A stretch of 46,387 nt of DNA from an uncultured Anaerolineales bacterium. GTDB taxonomy: Bacteria; Chloroflexota; Anaerolineae; B4-G1; SLSP01. Below the pieces are notes generated by a model. The model saw only the letters and a list, made by a program, of their open reading frames with translations, was not told the DNA's origin and ran no database searches. Position 1 is the first letter of the stretch. Every line of letters begins with the position of its first letter. The position numbers and the translations under genes are program-made. Positions 43,210 to 46,387 of the stretch are shown piece after piece. The stretch covers positions 1-46,387 of the forward strand of contig CAYVKR010000001.1 in the NCBI GenBank assembly GCA_964452025.1, written 5' to 3'.

Positions 43210-43971
43210 ATGCACTTCTACATGGAGATTTCCGATTATTGGAAACTTTTACAATATGCTTATAAGCGCTTGAAATCTAAGCAGGATTATAGGGAATTTC
43301 AGTTCTTCCAAGGGGAGTTATTGATTAAATATCTTCACAGCAAGTCAATCAATTTGACGAATCTGACTGTGCTTGATTTGGGGTGCGGGTATGGTGGCTA
43401 CAGTTTAGCGTTTAAGTCAAAGAATAATAAGGTTCTTGCTATTGACCGATTCAATGTTGATGAGCAATTAGGTGTGGACAGCTTAATGTCTGATGCTGTG
43501 AATTTGCCCTTACTAACTGAAAGCTTCGATCTGATTATATGTGCAAGTTTAATTGAGCATGTTGCTCGACCGAAAAGTCTATTGAAGGAATTACGTCGTG
43601 TCATAAAGCCTGATGGATATGTGTATTTGAGTTTTCCGCCTTTCTATAGTCTGCTTGGAGGACACCAGTTTAGTCCTTTCCATTATTTGGGTGAAAAATT
43701 GGCTCTGCGTTTGATGGGACTTTTTCGTCATTGGGATGATGAAAGTTGGCTGGGAGAAAATTATCCTACGTCCCCTGACTCGTTTTCTGCTGCATATGGC
43801 GATTGGGGATTATACGTAATGACGATTAAGAAATTCAACTCTCTCGTCAAAGAGGTGGATTTCTTGATTATGGAAAGTGCTACTCGATTTCTTCCTTTCG
43901 ATTTCTCCGGACTGCCTTATTTGGGTGAGATTTTGACTTGGCATGTTCAATATCTACTGAGAAAAGAATAG
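43210..43971 (+). CDS. class I SAM-dependent methyltransferase
   Basis: Motif I VLDLGCGYGGYSL, motif post-I VLAIDR, FDLIICASLIEHV, IKPDGYVYLS. Confidence 0.85.
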   Translation: MHFYMEISDYWKLLQYAYKRLKSKQDYREFQFFQGELLIKYLHSKSINLTNLTVLDLGCGYGGYSLAFKSKNNKVLAIDRFNVDEQLGVDSLMSDAVNLPLLTESFDLIICASLIEHVARPKSLLKELRRVIKPDGYVYLSFPPFYSLLGGHQFSPFHYLGEKLALRLMGLFRHWDDESWLGENYPTSPDSFSAAYGDWGLYVMTIKKFNSLVKEVDFLIMESATRFLPFDFSGLPYLGEILTWHVQYLLRKE

Positions 43972-43984
43972 TATAGCGTCACAT

Positions 43985-44815
43985 ATGCAAGATTTTTGGT
44001 TTGAACATGATAAGCATTTGAATGGTGTGCATTTACCTAGAGAGGTGATGCTGTCACATGATCTCTATAGGGGGATGCCATCATGGTTCAATGCTTATTA
44101 TGCACATTTTCAGACACAGGCTGTTAAGGCCTTGTTGAATGAGATAGGTTCTATAGATGATATGTGTGTTCTTGATGTGGGATGCGGGACAGGGCGCTGG
44201 ACCGAGTTTCTTGCTGAACAAGGTGGGCGAATAATAGGAGTTGATATTGGAACATTAGCAGTGCAACTTGCTTCTATCCGGGGTTTGGAGAATGCGGGAT
44301 ATAGTGTTATGGCGCTTCCGGATTTAGGTTTTCAGAGTTCGAGTTTTGATCTTATTATTTCTGTCACTGTATTACAGCATCTACCATACTCTGAACAGTA
44401 TGAGGCGTTGTCTGTTTTGTATCGTATTCTCCGGCCAAGTGGATTTTTGATTACTTTAGAGATTGTGGAGGAAGACCCGGCACCTCATGTCTTCGGTAAT
44501 TCACGTGAGGTCTGGATTGAGAAATTTGAATCCGAAGGGTTTCATCTAGTTCGGTATAGACCGTGTGAATATTTGCCTTACGTTAAGATTTTTCATTGGC
44601 TTCGTGCTAAAATCAGCAAACATCGATATGCTCGTAGTAGTTTAATCTCAGGCTCGGACGTTTCTCAAGTGTCCGGGTTTTTGAAGAAGTATACTTTTAT
44701 ACGTTTGCTTGTTAGAGGTATGATCCTGATGTCCTATCCTCTTGAGTATCTATCAATGTATCTTCTATCGTCCAGATTGGCAAGAGTGGGCGGATTTCTC
44801 CTTGTCAAACAGTAA
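43985..44815 (+). CDS. class I SAM-dependent methyltransferase with hydrophobic C-terminal tail
   Basis: VLDVGCGTGRWTEFLAEQGGRIIGVDI, FDLIISVTVLQHL, LRPSGFLITLE. C-terminal hydrophobic segments. Confidence 0.85.
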   Translation: MQDFWFEHDKHLNGVHLPREVMLSHDLYRGMPSWFNAYYAHFQTQAVKALLNEIGSIDDMCVLDVGCGTGRWTEFLAEQGGRIIGVDIGTLAVQLASIRGLENAGYSVMALPDLGFQSSSFDLIISVTVLQHLPYSEQYEALSVLYRILRPSGFLITLEIVEEDPAPHVFGNSREVWIEKFESEGFHLVRYRPCEYLPYVKIFHWLRAKISKHRYARSSLISGSDVSQVSGFLKKYTFIRLLVRGMILMSYPLEYLSMYLLSSRLARVGGFLLVKQ

Positions 44816-44830
44816 AACGAGGTTAAATAA

Positions 44831-45970
44831 GTGCGAATTGGTATTGTGACTAGTTCTTATCCAGTATCTTCTAAAGATACAGTTAATGCTGGAGTGTTTG
44901 TACGAGATTTGGGTCATGAATTGGTTAATCTAGGACATGAAGTGTATGTTATTACTCCTAGAAAATGGGGAAACATAGAAACAGATCCTAAGGTAGAAGT
45001 CTATTACTTTCCCTGGTTGGGTGGCGAAAAAGACTTGGCTAGTTCTTCTGCGAAGAATGTGCTCACCATGACGAGGTATGCTACCTTAGTGCTCGGCGGA
45101 GTATATTTCGTGACACGCTATGTCAAGAAAAACAACCTTCAGGTGTTGTTGGCGATGTGGGCTATACCCAGCGGTTTGTTTGCTTTGGTGACGAAGAAAA
45201 TACTGGGTGTTCCTTACGGGGTTTGGGCCCTAGGCTCGGATATTTGGGCTCGGGATGAATATCCATTTGGTGATTATCTTGTTAGACGTGTATTGCGTAA
45301 GGCCTCATTCCGTTTTGCTGATGGGATAGACTTAGCAGCTGAGACAGCAAACCTCACCGAATCCAGTTGTGAATTTGTACCATCTGTCAGAAATTTGTCG
45401 TCTGATGAATTTGGGAGAGTTGATTTGGATCCGGATATGCCTCAATTCCTTTATATAGGCCGTTATGAATATAATAAAGGGCCTGATCTATTGGTTGACG
45501 CTATGTGTAGCCTACTGGATTCTGGATTTGATGCTACATTACATATGTTCGGAATAGGATCAATGAAATCTAGTTTGATTAAGCGAGTTAGCGGGTATGA
45601 GGATTATATTCATCTCAATAGTTATGCGCCACCGGACATTGTGGTTTCATATATGAAAGCTTGTGATTGGCTAGTGATTCCATCGCGTATTGAAAGCATA
45701 CCATTGGTCTTTATGGATGCGCTCAACATGAATATACCTGTGATTGTCTCTGATGTAGGAGATATTGGTGAATTAGTACGGAAATATCAGATTGGTAGGG
45801 TTGTGCCATCAGCGGATCGTGATGCTTTGCAAGATGCATTGTTGTGGGCATCTCAAAAGAATAAAGAGTGTTTTAATTCCTCGTTAAAAAAACTTGCCAG
45901 AAGATTTAGTTTGCGAGAATCTACTGTCCGGTGTGTTGAAGCACTAGCCAAGGCAATTCATCAAGGTTAA
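44831..45970 (+). CDS. GT4 family glycosyltransferase
   Basis: GTG start. (M)RIGIVTSSYPVSSKDTVNAGVFVRDL. PSRIESIPLVFMDALNMNIPVIVSDVGDIGELV. Confidence 0.85.
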   Translation: MRIGIVTSSYPVSSKDTVNAGVFVRDLGHELVNLGHEVYVITPRKWGNIETDPKVEVYYFPWLGGEKDLASSSAKNVLTMTRYATLVLGGVYFVTRYVKKNNLQVLLAMWAIPSGLFALVTKKILGVPYGVWALGSDIWARDEYPFGDYLVRRVLRKASFRFADGIDLAAETANLTESSCEFVPSVRNLSSDEFGRVDLDPDMPQFLYIGRYEYNKGPDLLVDAMCSLLDSGFDATLHMFGIGSMKSSLIKRVSGYEDYIHLNSYAPPDIVVSYMKACDWLVIPSRIESIPLVFMDALNMNIPVIVSDVGDIGELVRKYQIGRVVPSADRDALQDALLWASQKNKECFNSSLKKLARRFSLRESTVRCVEALAKAIHQG

Positions 45971-46035
45971 TTATCAGCAATTCTCATTATGACATCCGGC
46001 ATTAAAATATCGGCAATTGGTGATATATTAATACT

Positions 46036-46387
46036 ATGAAAACCATGACAAGCTCTAAACCTAAGATAAAAAGCACTGTAGTTGATGCTACCATCGCCCG
46101 TCTCAAGAAGCTTGCTCCCGAGTTACCGGACAAGCGGGTCGGCAAAAACTGCCAATATACGATGAGTGATATTGTCTTGGGAGCGTTCGCCATTTTCTTT
46201 CTGCAGTGTCCTTCGTTTCTGGCCCGGCAGCAGGCGATGCAACAACAACGCGGACGCAGTAATGCTACGGCACTCTTCCACATGGAGCGGACGCCCTGTG
46301 ATAACCATATTCGGGATATGCTGGACCCGGTTACGCCGGAGCATTTCTACCCGGAATTCCGAGCGTTGTTGCAGACCGTGCGGGAGC
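46036..46387 (+). CDS. transposase, N-terminal 117 codons (open at the window end); probable IS element border
   Basis: My own translation: MKTMTSSKPKIKSTVVDATIARLKKLAPELPDKRVGKNCQYTMSDIVLGAFAIFFLQCPSFLARQQAMQQQRGRSNATALFHMERTPCDNHIRDMLDPV... It has no stop before 46387. The GKNxxY..D..LGAF..FF.Q.PSFL..Q pattern recalls IS4/ISKra4-like DDE transposase N-termini. It is missing from the ORF track because the frame is open-ended. Confidence 0.55.
   Translation, partial: MKTMTSSKPKIKSTVVDATIARLKKLAPELPDKRVGKNCQYTMSDIVLGAFAIFFLQCPSFLARQQAMQQQRGRSNATALFHMERTPCDNHIRDMLDPVTPEHFYPEFRALLQTVRE

Noticed and set aside
46002-46344. Minus-strand ORFs of 93 and 73 aa at the window end
   Set aside because: The + strand frame from ATG 46036 stays open to the window edge and translates to a transposase-like N-terminus. 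The minus ORFs are its shadows.

Overview
High-GC bacterial chromosomal window. Hand counts on 60-nt lines give about 65% GC in the core genes. Protein flavour, a T-box leader and recurring (Y/F)LPL motifs suggest a Chloroflexi-like filamentous organism, but this is a guess I cannot verify here. The left third (1-13.7 kb) is housekeeping: a gamma-carbonic-anhydrase-family gene, pheS-pheT behind a Phe T-box leader, an SLC13/TrkA-C permease, infC-rpmI-rplT and uvrA. The pheST operon carries an Avd/S23p-type four-helix-bundle gene inserted exactly at the pheS/pheT junction and flanked by inverted arrays of 8-bp repeats. Related octamer arrays sit in the pheS leader. The 13.7-18.5 kb stretch encodes a secreted set: a mucin-like Pro/Thr-rich anchored protein, a Vgb-like beta-propeller and two clan GH-A hydrolases. 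Three of these (not the Pro/Thr-rich protein), plus a later FG-GAP protein, share a terminal (Y/F)LPL motif. The 18.6-46.0 kb stretch is a large glycan-assembly locus. It holds a Wzt/TagH-type ABC ATPase with a carbohydrate-binding tail but no permease, about 11 GT4/GT2 glycosyltransferases and two HS6ST-like sulfotransferases, each following a paralogous GT4. It also holds a CDP-paratose-2-epimerase-like SDR, an FG-GAP propeller, an 806-aa polytopic membrane protein, an ArnB-like aminotransferase and two SAM methyltransferases. The last ~5 kb is markedly AT-richer and ends at an open-ended transposase gene. The best candidate for an undescribed system is a sulfated, capped cell-surface glycan pathway. 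Its enzymes share a recurring C-terminal docking-like module, and a possible new secretion or processing motif marks the associated secreted proteins. No rRNA, tRNA or CRISPR was seen.
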